Made by a program: the position numbers and the translations under genes. The notes under the pieces are model-generated. The model was not told where the DNA came from, did no database searches, and saw only the letters and a program-made list of their open reading frames with translations. Below are positions 7,531 through 16,828 of a stretch of DNA of 46,251 nucleotides, one piece after another; the stretch's first letter is position 1; each line of letters opens with the position of its first letter. This stretch comes from Candidatus Omnitrophota bacterium (GTDB lineage Bacteria; Omnitrophota; Gorgyraeia; Duberdicusellales; 4484-171): assembly GCA_021735655.1 (NCBI GenBank), contig JAIPGM010000012.1:1-46251 (forward strand), read 5' to 3'.

Positions 7531-9321
7531 ATGAAAAGCATAGCTAAGGTAGCTCTACCGATCTTCTTAGATAAGGAGTTTGACTATTCCTTTTCGTCTA
7601 AGCTTGACCTTAAAAGAGGTGTGCGGGTTTTAGTTGATTTTAGGGGAAGAAAGCGTATAGGCTTAGTTGTCGGGTTAGCTGATGAATCGAGGGTGAAAAA
7701 GTTAAAAGACGTAGTTGACCTTTTTGATCGACGCCCCTTATTGAGAGAAGACCACTTTACTTTTGCTGAAAAATTAAGTCAATTTTATCCTTATCCTTTT
7801 GAGGAATTTTTGTTCATGATGATCCCGGCTTATTTAAAAAAACCACAAAGAACTGATTTAGATTATTTTCAATCAGCAGCGACAAAAGATGACTCGGTTT
7901 CAAAAGTATTTATTAAGTCGGCGAAAATCACAGATCGTTATCAACGTTGGCGAGGTTTGGTGCGGAAGGCATTGGGGCAAGGTTCAGTTATGATTTGTTT
8001 TCCGCAAATGACCTATCTTCTCGAAGCAGAGAAATTAATTGCCAAGGATTTTCCTGGTCAGATTAAAGTTTTACATAGCAAAAAAAGTGAAAAAGACTTT
8101 TTTAATACTTGGCAAAAAAGTCGGCGTAAAAGTTTGATTTTAGGAACTCGGATGGCTCTCTTTTATTATCCGATTGATTTAAAACTTATTGTTATTGAGG
8201 AAGAGGATAGTCGACATTATTTTCAGGAAGAGAAACCTTTTTATGACCTTCGCGAGGCGGCAGATTTACTTTCAGAGAGTTTAGGGGTTAATTTAGTTTT
8301 AGCTGGAAGTTACCCGTCTCTGGCAACTTATAAGTCTATTGTTGATGGGAAAACGAAATTGGGTGAGCTAGAAGAGAACCCTAAAGATATATCTGTGGTA
8401 GATTTGGGTGGTTTTTCTAGAAAGAAAGTGGTTGGTCCGGTTTTGATTGAATTACTTTCTAAGGTAACTAAAGCCAATAAAAGGTCGGTTGTGCTTTGGA
8501 ATAAGAAGGGTTTTGGCCAAATTGTAGCTTGCTCAACTTGTGGATACATATATAAATGTATTCATTGTTCAGGTTTTTTACAGTTTTCTTTATCTACTCA
8601 AGAGGGAAGGTGTCCTTATTGTCATCGTCAAGTAAGTTTACCTAGTCTATGTAGTCATTGCCAGAAAGGATATTTGAAATCTTCAGGTCTAGGGATTGAA
8701 GGTATAGCTTCCTTGCTTAAGCGTGTATTTCCCGAGGTAAAGATAGATAATTGGCAAAAGCACTATCGCGACTCTAAGATTACCCTTTCTACCTCTGAAA
8801 TTTTAAGTTCTCTCTATAGCTCGGAGGTTTTTGACTCAGGGTTTATGCTGGATACGGATTCTTTGTTGAGTCGGCCGGACTATCGGGCAACTTTTGATAC
8901 TTTCCTTTATATTAAGAAGCTCAGTAACTTTTTCTGTAAGTCGATGCATGTCTTTACGCGTAATCGACAATACTATTTATTTGATTATCTTAATTATGAC
9001 TGGAGGCAGTTTTACGATAAAGAGCTAAACTTGCGTAAGAAAATGGGGCTGCCGCCTTTTAAGCTTTTAGCAAAAATTACCCTGCGGGATAAAAATGAGA
9101 ACTTACTTTTAAAACAGGCTGAAGGCTTGTATAATAGATTTCAGAAAAGCTTTCAGGAAGTCTATGGTCCTTCTAAGGCTCAGCCTTTCAAATTACGTGA
9201 TAAATTTCGCTATCAGATTATAGTGCGTACAGAGAGGAATCTGAGGAACCGTTGCTTAGTTAAGGAGATAATAGCTCTGCTACCTAGAACTAAGGTGCAG
9301 TTGGCGGCTGAACTGTATTAG
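7531..9321 (+). CDS. priA: primosomal protein N' (PriA) homolog with degenerate helicase/ATPase motifs
   Basis: Retained: PriA N-terminal 3'-DNA-binding region; four CxxC pairs of the Cys-rich zinc region (CSTCGY…CIHCSG…CPYCHR…CSHCQ); conserved C-terminal LPPF. Degenerate: Walker A position reads KSAKITDRYQRW; DEEH reads EEED; SAT reads SYPS; no QxxGRxGR. Confidence 0.7.
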   Translation: MKSIAKVALPIFLDKEFDYSFSSKLDLKRGVRVLVDFRGRKRIGLVVGLADESRVKKLKDVVDLFDRRPLLREDHFTFAEKLSQFYPYPFEEFLFMMIPAYLKKPQRTDLDYFQSAATKDDSVSKVFIKSAKITDRYQRWRGLVRKALGQGSVMICFPQMTYLLEAEKLIAKDFPGQIKVLHSKKSEKDFFNTWQKSRRKSLILGTRMALFYYPIDLKLIVIEEEDSRHYFQEEKPFYDLREAADLLSESLGVNLVLAGSYPSLATYKSIVDGKTKLGELEENPKDISVVDLGGFSRKKVVGPVLIELLSKVTKANKRSVVLWNKKGFGQIVACSTCGYIYKCIHCSGFLQFSLSTQEGRCPYCHRQVSLPSLCSHCQKGYLKSSGLGIEGIASLLKRVFPEVKIDNWQKHYRDSKITLSTSEILSSLYSSEVFDSGFMLDTDSLLSRPDYRATFDTFLYIKKLSNFFCKSMHVFTRNRQYYLFDYLNYDWRQFYDKELNLRKKMGLPPFKLLAKITLRDKNENLLLKQAEGLYNRFQKSFQEVYGPSKAQPFKLRDKFRYQIIVRTERNLRNRCLVKEIIALLPRTKVQLAAELY

Positions 9322-9346
9322 TTTTTAGTAACAACAGATTTAAACT

Positions 9347-10276
9347 ATGAATTTAATCTATTTTGGGAGTTCGGAATTTTCAAGAGTGGTGTTAGAAGGT
9401 CTTTGCCGGATGGGTTTTGCGCCTTCTTTGGTTGTCACTAAGCCGGACAAGCCTAAGGGTAGAGGGTTACAGCTTACGGCTACTGAGGTAAGCGTTTTAG
9501 CGGAAAGCAAAAAAATTTCGGTAGTTAAACCGAATTCACTAAAAGAGAAAAGTTTTATTGAAAAGCTCAGAGCCGAATCCGTTGATTTTTTTGTTGTGGT
9601 TGATTATGGCAAAATCATTCCTTTAGAAGTACTTTCTTTGCCGAATGAGTTTACTTTAGGATTGCATCCCTCGTTGCTTCCGCGATATCGCGGCCCAGCA
9701 CCGATTGAGTATGCCTTGCTTAACGGTGACCAAACAACTGGGTTAACTATTTTTAAAGTAAACGAAAAGGTTGATTCCGGAGACATTATTTTGCAGAAGC
9801 AAGTCGTAATCGACTCTAATGATGATTACCATTCGCTTAGTCGCAAACTTTCAAACGAAGGTTTTCAATTTATAGTCGAAGGGTTATCTAAAATAAAAGA
9901 TGGTAGCTATAAGTTAGTTAAACAGGCTGAAGCCAGAGCTTCTTTTACTTTTAAATTTAAAAAGATCGATGGTCAGATTAATTGGCAGAAGCGAGCGGTT
10001 GATATAAATAATCTTGTTCGGGCCATCAGCGGCTGGCCTTCGGCTTATACTTACCACAATGGTTTATTGCTTAAAGTCATAAAGTCTGACGTTATTAAGG
10101 TAACGGATGAAATTGGTCCGCCGGGTGGGATTGTAAAAATAGAACCGAAAGGAATTTATGTAACTACTGGTGAAGATATTCTAAGAATTTCTCGCATCCA
10201 GCCTCAAGGTAAAAAAGTTATGGATGCTTGGTCCTTTGTTTGTGGTCATCACCTTAAGGTGGGAATGAGTTTCTAA
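9347..10276 (+). CDS. fmt: methionyl-tRNA formyltransferase
   Basis: 309 aa with the Fmt N-terminal formyltransferase core (…HPSLLPRYRGPAPI…) and a C-terminal tRNA-binding domain. Confidence 0.9.
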   Translation: MNLIYFGSSEFSRVVLEGLCRMGFAPSLVVTKPDKPKGRGLQLTATEVSVLAESKKISVVKPNSLKEKSFIEKLRAESVDFFVVVDYGKIIPLEVLSLPNEFTLGLHPSLLPRYRGPAPIEYALLNGDQTTGLTIFKVNEKVDSGDIILQKQVVIDSNDDYHSLSRKLSNEGFQFIVEGLSKIKDGSYKLVKQAEARASFTFKFKKIDGQINWQKRAVDINNLVRAISGWPSAYTYHNGLLLKVIKSDVIKVTDEIGPPGGIVKIEPKGIYVTTGEDILRISRIQPQGKKVMDAWSFVCGHHLKVGMSF

Positions 10277-10278
10277 GA

Positions 10279-10551
10279 ATGCAAAAGCGCAATCATATAT
10301 TTTTTTCTGGTATGGTCCAGGGCGTTGGCTTTCGTTTCGGGGCTTTAAGTTTAGCTAAAAAGTACAATATCAAAGGTTGGGTTAAAAACCTTAATGACGG
10401 TCGAGTAGAGATAATTGCTGAAGGAAAAAACCGCGATTTAGATTCTTTTGTGAGTGATTTAGGTATTGAGTTTGAAGGAAGAGTCACTAGTTGTGAAATC
10501 GTGGTTGAGGAAATCGCTTGTAGTTTTAAAGATTTTAGGATAATATTTTAG
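10279..10551 (+). CDS. acyP: acylphosphatase
   Basis: 90 aa carrying the acylphosphatase signature (VQGVGFR…GWVKNLNDGRVE). Confidence 0.85.
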   Translation: MQKRNHIFFSGMVQGVGFRFGALSLAKKYNIKGWVKNLNDGRVEIIAEGKNRDLDSFVSDLGIEFEGRVTSCEIVVEEIACSFKDFRIIF

Positions 10552-10585
10552 AGAGTTTTTGTAAAAAACAAAGTGAGGTTTTTTT

Positions 10586-11311
10586 ATGAGGTATGCAATT
10601 TTTGCTGATGTTCATAGCAATATTGAAGCATTCCAGGTAGTCATCGAGGCCTACTATCAAGAGAATGTTGATCGTTATCTTTTTCTCGGTGACATAATAG
10701 GTTACGGAGGAGACCCCCGGGAATGTTTAGATGTCCTTAAAGATTTGAAAGCGATAACTGTTGCCGGAAATCATGATTGGGCGGCAGTTGGTAAATTTCC
10801 GCTCAATAATTTAAATCTTCATGCACGAACGGCGATTAATTGGACAAAAACCAAACTCACTAAAGCCGATGTAAGTTATTTGAGTGGTTTTCATTTGACC
10901 ATTGAAGAGAAAGATTTCGTGTGTGTCCATGGAAGTTTGAGGTCGCCCCATGAGTTTAAATACATTCTAGACATAGACGATGCGGTTACGGTTTTCCAGC
11001 TTTTTAAAAAGAAAGTGTGTTTCTTGGGTCATTCACACCGTCCGGGAATTTATTGTTTGGATAAAGATAATGTGTCGTATATTGAGCCAGGAGAAGTTAC
11101 TTTTAAGCCGGATAATCGCTATATAGTTAATGTTGGTAGTGTAGGTCAACCCCGCGACGGAGATCCTAGAGCTTCATTTTGCGTGTACGATGACGAGGAT
11201 CAAAGAGTAGAAATTTTTCGGGTTGGTTACGATGTAGCTAAGGCAGCCTCTAGCATTGTTAATCAGAATCTCCCATCTAATTTAGCTAATCGACTATATG
11301 ACGGGAGGTAA
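10586..11311 (+). CDS. calcineurin-like metallophosphoesterase family protein
   Basis: Metal-binding motifs DVHSN…GD…GNHD…GHSH. Confidence 0.75.
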   Translation: MRYAIFADVHSNIEAFQVVIEAYYQENVDRYLFLGDIIGYGGDPRECLDVLKDLKAITVAGNHDWAAVGKFPLNNLNLHARTAINWTKTKLTKADVSYLSGFHLTIEEKDFVCVHGSLRSPHEFKYILDIDDAVTVFQLFKKKVCFLGHSHRPGIYCLDKDNVSYIEPGEVTFKPDNRYIVNVGSVGQPRDGDPRASFCVYDDEDQRVEIFRVGYDVAKAASSIVNQNLPSNLANRLYDGR

Positions 11312-11326
11312 TATTAATTATATTGA

Positions 11327-13333
<2,007 letters not shown>

Positions 13334-13400
13334 ATGGGTAACCTTTTTTAGCCAAATTTGGACCCTAAAAACCCACCTGTAAAAAATATCATTTTTTTTC

Positions 13401-13428
13401 TTGACAAAAATTTCGTTTATAGTATCAT
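13401..13428 (+). promoter_or_regulatory. sigma70-like promoter (TTGACA-16-TATCAT) with A/T-rich UP element upstream
   Basis: TTGACA at 13401-13406 and TATCAT at 13423-13428, with a 16-nt spacer. An A/T tract at 13380-13400 precedes it. Position is about 90 nt upstream of tRNA-Thr. Confidence 0.45.
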
Positions 13429-13516
13429 CGTTAGGTCTATATTTTTATATATAATTTAATACTTTAAAAACAGGCTGATTTTAAGGCAGTATTCGCCGGC
13501 TTAATGCAAACATAAC

Positions 13517-13589
13517 GCCCACGTAGCTCAGTCGGTAGAGCACTTCGTTGGTAACGAAGAGGTCACCGGTTCGATTCTGGTCGTGGGCT
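13517..13589 (+). tRNA. tRNA-Thr (anticodon GGT)
   Basis: 73-nt cloverleaf: acceptor GCCCACG/CGTGGGC, anticodon loop TTGGTAA, T-loop TTCGATT. Confidence 0.9.
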
Positions 13590-13829
13590 TAGTTAAACAA
13601 TAAGATGATTCAAAAACCACAAAAGTGGGGCGGGAGGTTTTTAGACTTTTCGCTCCTTTATTATTATAACTATTTATGAGAGAGCTAATTGCGTTATCAT
13701 GTACTGTGTGCAAACGAAAGACTTACTACTTGAGTAAGAACAAACGAAAGCACCCTGAAAAAATGACTCTTAAAAAATATTGTCGTTTCGATCGTAAACA
13801 TACAGAACATAAAGAGGCTAAGCCATGAT

Positions 13830-13903
13830 AGGCGAGTAGCTCAATTGGCTAGAGCACCGGTCTCCAAAACCGGGGGTTGCAGGTTCAACTCCTGCCTCGC
13901 CTG
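13830..13903 (+). tRNA. tRNA-Trp (anticodon CCA)
   Basis: 74-nt cloverleaf: acceptor AGGCGAG/CTCGCCT, anticodon loop CTCCAAA, T-loop TTCAACT. Sits directly upstream of secE, as in many bacteria. Confidence 0.9.
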
Positions 13904-13929
13904 TGTTTAAGATTGTTTGAAGTTAGAAG

Positions 13930-14124
13930 ATGATAAAGAAATTAAAACGGATACCTGTTTTTTTTAAGGAAGTAAAGGAAGAGCTAAAAAAAGTAAACTG
14001 GTCGACTCGCCAGGAGCTAGTTGCAGCTGCTTCAATTGTTGTGGTAGTTGCAATTTTGTTAACCGCTTATATCTTTACTATTGACTTAGGATTGTCACAT
14101 TTAATCCAAATTATATTGAAATGA
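13930..14124 (+). CDS. secE: preprotein translocase subunit SecE
   Basis: 64 aa with a single C-terminal TM helix. Position is between tRNA-Trp and nusG. Confidence 0.9.
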   Translation: MIKKLKRIPVFFKEVKEELKKVNWSTRQELVAAASIVVVVAILLTAYIFTIDLGLSHLIQIILK

Positions 14125-14648
14125 AGCAGTGGTATATTTTACATACACTTAGTGGAGCCGAAGATCAAGCTAAAGCTAACCTTGAAGCGCGGATTAAGGC
14201 CCACAGTTTTAACGAAGCTATTGATCAGGTAATTATTCCGAAGGAACAGATTACTGAAGTTAAGCTTGGTAAGAAACGTGTTCTCGAGCGGAAGTTCTTT
14301 CCAGGGTATATTCTTATTCATATGGATATGAATGATGATTCTTGGTTGTTTGTGCGTAAGACCCCGGGTATTACCGCTTTTATCGGTCCTCGTCGAAAAC
14401 CCTCACCAATATCTCAAGAAGAAGTAGATCGAATTTTTGCAAAGGCTGAAGAAAGTAAGGCTAAACCAGCGCCAAAGGTAACCTTCGAGAAAGGGGAAAG
14501 CGTACGGGTAGTTGAAGGGCCATTTATCAATTTTAATGGTGTAGTCGAAGAGGTGCATCCTGATAAGGGAAAATTAAAGGTTAGTGCTTCAATTTTTGGA
14601 AGAACTACACCGGTTGAACTTGAATTTTGGCAAGTGGAGAAAATTTAA
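14121..14648 (+). CDS. nusG: transcription termination/antitermination factor NusG
   Basis: NGN domain ([11 protein letters not shown]…) plus C-terminal KOW domain. 4-nt overlap with secE. Confidence 0.95.
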   Translation: MKQWYILHTLSGAEDQAKANLEARIKAHSFNEAIDQVIIPKEQITEVKLGKKRVLERKFFPGYILIHMDMNDDSWLFVRKTPGITAFIGPRRKPSPISQEEVDRIFAKAEESKAKPAPKVTFEKGESVRVVEGPFINFNGVVEEVHPDKGKLKVSASIFGRTTPVELEFWQVEKI

Positions 14649-14649
14649 G

Positions 14650-15120
14650 ATGGCTAAAAAGAAAAAGAAAAAACCAGTTGTCCAGATAAAATTACAAATT
14701 CCTGCTGGAGCAGCTACAGCTATGCCACCAGTTGGACCAGCTCTCGGTCAGCACGGTATAAATCCGGGAAAATTTTGCAAAGAATTTAACGATGCGACCA
14801 AACAAAAAGAAGGGGTGATTCTCCCAGTAATTATTAGTGTCTACGAAGACAAGTCTTATGATTTCATTACTAAGAGCCCACCGGTTTCTTTTTTGTTAAA
14901 GCGGGCGGCAAATCTTGCTAAAGCTAGCCAACAACCGGGGAAAGAAATTATTGGTGAAGTGACCAAAGCGCAAGTTTTGGAAATTGCTAAAGAAAAGATG
15001 GAAGATTTAAATACCGCTGACTTAGAAGCTGCTGCTCGAATTGTCGAAGGCACTGCTCGAAGCTGTGGGATAAAAGTGGTTTCTCAAATAAGTAAAAAGC
15101 CAGTTAACCCTGATAATTAA
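14650..15120 (+). CDS. rplK: 50S ribosomal protein L11
   Basis: Start taken at ATG 14650 ([22 protein letters not shown]…PPVGPALG), which is 1 nt after the nusG stop. The track ORF from 14584 is an upstream extension overlapping nusG. Confidence 0.9.
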   Translation: MAKKKKKKPVVQIKLQIPAGAATAMPPVGPALGQHGINPGKFCKEFNDATKQKEGVILPVIISVYEDKSYDFITKSPPVSFLLKRAANLAKASQQPGKEIIGEVTKAQVLEIAKEKMEDLNTADLEAAARIVEGTARSCGIKVVSQISKKPVNPDN

Positions 15121-15121
15121 A

Positions 15122-15832
15122 ATGAAAAGAAGCAAAAAATACTTGGAAGCAAAAAAGTTAGTTGAGGAAGGAAAGGCTTATTCTGTTGATGCAGCCATAG
15201 AGATTTTAAAGTCAATGCCGTCAGTAAAGTTTGATCAGACGGTTGAACTCAGCGGAAAACTTGGTATTGATCCTAAGCAATCTGATCAAATGGTTAGAGG
15301 ATCGGTAGTTTTGCCTCATGGTACTGGTAAAGAGATAAAAGTTTTAGTATTTTGTGAGCCAGAAAAAGAAAAGGATGCTAAAGATGCCGGTGCTGATTTT
15401 ATTGGTTCTGAAGATATGATTGATAAAATTTTAAATGATGGCTGGACTGGATTCGATTGTTGCATATCCACTCCTTCAATGATGCGCTCAGTAAGTAAGT
15501 TAGGAAGATTTCTTGGTCCGCGTGGTCTTATGCCATCTCCGAAAACCGGCACGGTTACTGATAATGTGTCCTATGCGGTTAGCGAAGCAAAAAGAGGGAA
15601 GATTGACTTTCGAGTTGATAAATTAGGTTGTATTCATGTTGGGGTGGGGAAGGTTTCTTTTGACAAGAAGGCCTTGGTGGAGAATATTGATGCTTTTATC
15701 AAAGCTTTAGCTGCTTCTCGGCCGCAAAGCTTGAAGGGTGATTTTATAAAAAGTGTGCATGTTTCTGCAACAATGAGTCCTTCTTTGAGACTTACTATAC
15801 AAGCAAAATTTTTAGGAGTAAGCGATGACTAA
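15122..15832 (+). CDS. rplA: 50S ribosomal protein L1
   Basis: 236 aa L1 fold. Conserved order after rplK. Confidence 0.95.
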   Translation: MKRSKKYLEAKKLVEEGKAYSVDAAIEILKSMPSVKFDQTVELSGKLGIDPKQSDQMVRGSVVLPHGTGKEIKVLVFCEPEKEKDAKDAGADFIGSEDMIDKILNDGWTGFDCCISTPSMMRSVSKLGRFLGPRGLMPSPKTGTVTDNVSYAVSEAKRGKIDFRVDKLGCIHVGVGKVSFDKKALVENIDAFIKALAASRPQSLKGDFIKSVHVSATMSPSLRLTIQAKFLGVSDD

Positions 15833-16379
15833 GGGAGTTAAAAAAGTAGGTCTAATAACTAGAGAAAGAATCGTTGAAGACTTGAAAGAAAAGATTAACG
15901 GATCTTCAGGTTGTTTTTTTATTGGTTTTAACAAGGTCGGAGCTTTTGGTTTTAATAAATTACGTAACGAGTTGGCTAAGGCCGGAGCCAAAATTTTTAT
16001 AACTAAAAATTCATTATTCAAAAGGGCATTTAAGGATTTAGATTGGAAAGATTCTGATGATATCCTAGATAAAGAAACCGGAGCAGTTCTAGTTTATGAT
16101 GACGATGTGGTAAAAACTTGTAAAATTATAGTTGATTTTGCTAAAGAAAGTGAAACCCTTCAAGTTAAGGGAGCCACAATACAAGAAAAGAAGATTGGAC
16201 CGAAGGACGTGCAGGCTATGGCTAAGCTTCCTCCTCGTGAGACGCTTTTGGCTATGGCTGTTTCTGGTTTAGCGGCTCCGATAACCGGTTTTGCTACTTG
16301 TCTAAATCAGGTAATTTTAAAGTTTGTATGGGTTGTTGCTGAGATACGAAAAACAAAAGATCAAGCTGATAAAAAGTAG
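15825..16379 (+). CDS. rplJ: 50S ribosomal protein L10
   Basis: 184 aa. Overlaps rplA by 8 nt, leaving no leader region. Confidence 0.9.
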   Translation: MTKGVKKVGLITRERIVEDLKEKINGSSGCFFIGFNKVGAFGFNKLRNELAKAGAKIFITKNSLFKRAFKDLDWKDSDDILDKETGAVLVYDDDVVKTCKIIVDFAKESETLQVKGATIQEKKIGPKDVQAMAKLPPRETLLAMAVSGLAAPITGFATCLNQVILKFVWVVAEIRKTKDQADKK

Positions 16380-16388
16380 GAGGGCGTT

Positions 16389-16763
16389 ATGGCAAAAGTA
16401 GAAGATATTTTGAAGATGGTTGAAGAGATGACAGTTCTCGAGCTTTCTGAGTTAGTTAAGGCTTGCGAAGATAAGTTCGGGGTTAGCGCTTCAGCTCCGG
16501 CAGTTGCAGTTGCTGCTGGTCCTGGTGCAGCCGCTGAGGAAGAGGAAGAGAAGACTTCTTTCAGCGTAGTTTTAACTTCAGTTGGTGGAAATAAAATTGC
16601 CGTAATTAAAGAAATTCGGGCAATTACTGATTTGGGGTTAAGAGAAGCTAAAGAGCTTGCTGATTCTGCTCCTAAGCCGGTTAAGGAAAACATTTCTAAG
16701 GAAGAGGCTGAGGAAGTTAAGAAAAAATTAGAAGCAGCCGGTGGGACGGTAGAGTTAAAATAA
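16389..16763 (+). CDS. rplL: 50S ribosomal protein L7/L12
   Basis: Ala-rich hinge ([18 protein letters not shown]). C-terminal domain ending GGTVELK. GGAGGG SD upstream. Confidence 0.95.
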   Translation: MAKVEDILKMVEEMTVLELSELVKACEDKFGVSASAPAVAVAAGPGAAAEEEEEKTSFSVVLTSVGGNKIAVIKEIRAITDLGLREAKELADSAPKPVKENISKEEAEEVKKKLEAAGGTVELK

Positions 16764-16765
16764 TT

Positions 16766-16778
16766 AATTCGACTAAAG
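16766..16778 (+). repeat. AATTCGACTAAAG motif copy 1 (upstream of rpoB); second block CTAAGTTTCATTGAGGAGG at 16804-16822
   Basis: Shares 13 of 13 nt with the copy at 42079-42091. Both are followed by AAGTTTCATT immediately 5' of the SD. Confidence 0.5.
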
Positions 16779-16782
16779 ATTC

Positions 16783-16800
16783 TTGAAACCTTAGTTTCGA
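16783..16800 (+). promoter_or_regulatory. hairpin TTGAAAC-CTTA-GTTTCGA in the rplL-rpoB spacer (candidate attenuator or processing site)
   Basis: 7-bp stem, including one G·U pair, with a 4-nt loop. The E. coli rplL-rpoB spacer is known to contain an attenuator and an RNase III site. Confidence 0.35.
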
Positions 16801-16828
16801 AATCTAAGTTTCATTGAGGAGGAATAAA

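Noticed and set aside
13528-13713. 61-aa minus-strand ORF
   Set aside because: Overlaps tRNA-Thr on the opposite strand. The tRNA call is much stronger.
13590-13829. Possible degenerate tRNA-Tyr or tRNA-Gly between tRNA-Thr and tRNA-Trp
   Set aside because: No acceptor/T-arm pairing or GTTC-type T-loop could be assembled by eye. Treated instead as a structured spacer (see findings).
14584-14649. Upstream in-frame extension of rplK in the ORF track (likewise rpoB from 16814, fusA from 25108, rplE from 34395, rpsN from 34942, rplO from 37071)
   Set aside because: The extensions overlap the preceding conserved gene and add non-homologous N-termini. Internal starts with an SD and canonical N-terminal sequences fit better.
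16361-16693. 110-aa ORF on the minus strand, Ala/Ser-rich
   Set aside because: Lies entirely antisense to rplL. Its low-complexity composition mirrors the Ala/Glu-rich hinge of L7/L12. No start context.
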